A DNA stretch of 64,000 nucleotides from Phyllosticta citribraziliensis (taxonomy: Eukaryota), in assembly GCF_038025025.1 (NCBI RefSeq), contig NW_027117350.1:992001-1056000 (forward strand), written 5' to 3'. This document shows positions 63,324 through 64,000 of this stretch, one piece after another. The translations under genes and the position numbers were made by a program. A model generated the notes under the pieces. The model was not told where the DNA came from, searched no databases, and saw only the letters and a program-made list of their open reading frames with translations. Within the stretch, counting starts at the first letter, position 1. Every line of letters starts with the position of its first letter.

Positions 63324-64000
63324 CTAATTCATGCCTTCCATCGGATTATTCAGCAGCACGTCGAGCAAATCGTAGCCACCGACATCCGGGCCATACGCGT
63401 TGCTCCCGACGTCGCTGCCAAAATTGTTCGACAGGATGGGGTCGAGCGGGATGGCGAGCCAGTCCGACGCGCCGCCGCCGCCGTAGCCACCACCGCCAGG
63501 CCCGCCGTTGTAGCCGCCGTTGTCGCCTGCAACGCCTCCGGGCCCGCCGCTGCCGTACTGGTTTGCGGCGGGGTTGTTGGGGTCGTTGGGGAGGTGGTTC
63601 TGGTACGGCGAGCCGAAGCCGGGCGGCGGCATGATGGAGAAGTTGTTGGAGCCCGGGTCGTATGTCTCGGTCGAGATGCCCCACAGCGGATTGCCGTTGC
63701 CGTTAGTGGTGGACGTGGTGCCGGACGGCGAGGCGGGCCGGCTGAGCCCGCTGCTAGCGTTGCTGGCCGTGCTGTACCAGGGCTGAGTGGGGTTGTTGGT
63801 TGCGGGATAGGACGAGTGGTTTGGAGGAGGCATTGACGAAGGGGCTGCGCTTTGTGATGTGTTGCCATGGAGCTTGGGATCTTGGTTGGACGGGATGCCA
63901 GCTGTCGAGAGCCGTGGGCTATGGCTTCCAGCGCGGCTGGCCTGGACAGAGCCCTTTCCGGAACCGGAGCCGGCCATGCGGACCAGACGTGTCTTGATTT
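63324..64000 (-). CDS. C-terminal part of a protein starting beyond the window; possibly a Zn2Cys6 transcription factor (Aro80-like activation tail)
   Basis: Open frame with strong coding bias. A Pro/Asn/Gly-rich region ends in the acidic-hydrophobic tail DWLAIPLDPIL..GPDVGGYDLLDVLL. No DNA-binding domain is visible, so the identity is inferred. Confidence 0.55.
   Translation of the reverse strand, partial: IKTRLVRMAGSGSGKGSVQASRAGSHSPRLSTAGIPSNQDPKLHGNTSQSAAPSSMPPPNHSSYPATNNPTQPWYSTASNASSGLSRPASPSGTTSTTNGNGNPLWGISTETYDPGSNNFSIMPPPGFGSPYQNHLPNDPNNPAANQYGSGGPGGVAGDNGGYNGGPGGGGYGGGGASDWLAIPLDPILSNNFGSDVGSNAYGPDVGGYDLLDVLLNNPMEGMN

Overview
Eukaryotic, intron-containing DNA from a filamentous ascomycete. 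The Pezizomycotina assignment rests on gene content and short GT..CTRAC..YAG introns; the GC-rich, microsatellite-rich intergenic DNA hints at a Dothideomycete, but that is inference. About 18 protein-coding genes are supported, most reconstructed by hand across 44-127 nt introns: an alpha-arrestin (ApyA/Aly-type), a Dpb11/Cut5 BRCT scaffold, a short kinesin-3, Trm3, Mkt1, a 2OG-Fe(II) oxygenase, an F-box-like hypothetical, Nhp2, an AA9 LPMO, a Pex11-family peroxin, Vps16, a HET-6-like protein, a small acidic orphan, Rad5, NDUFAF6, a conserved hypothetical, Las1, and the 3' end of a probable transcription factor. No tRNA, rRNA, transposon or CRISPR array was recognised. Most of the window is ordinary housekeeping DNA, and I cannot claim a new system from sequence alone. 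The best leads are an accessory-looking HET plus acidic-orphan pair between VPS16 and RAD5, a ~10 kb ORF-free region upstream of an uncharacterised gene, a candidate micropeptide/lncRNA at ~60-62 kb, a TTAGGG-containing 33-bp-period repeat, MCB boxes upstream of DPB11 and RAD5, and several splicing oddities.
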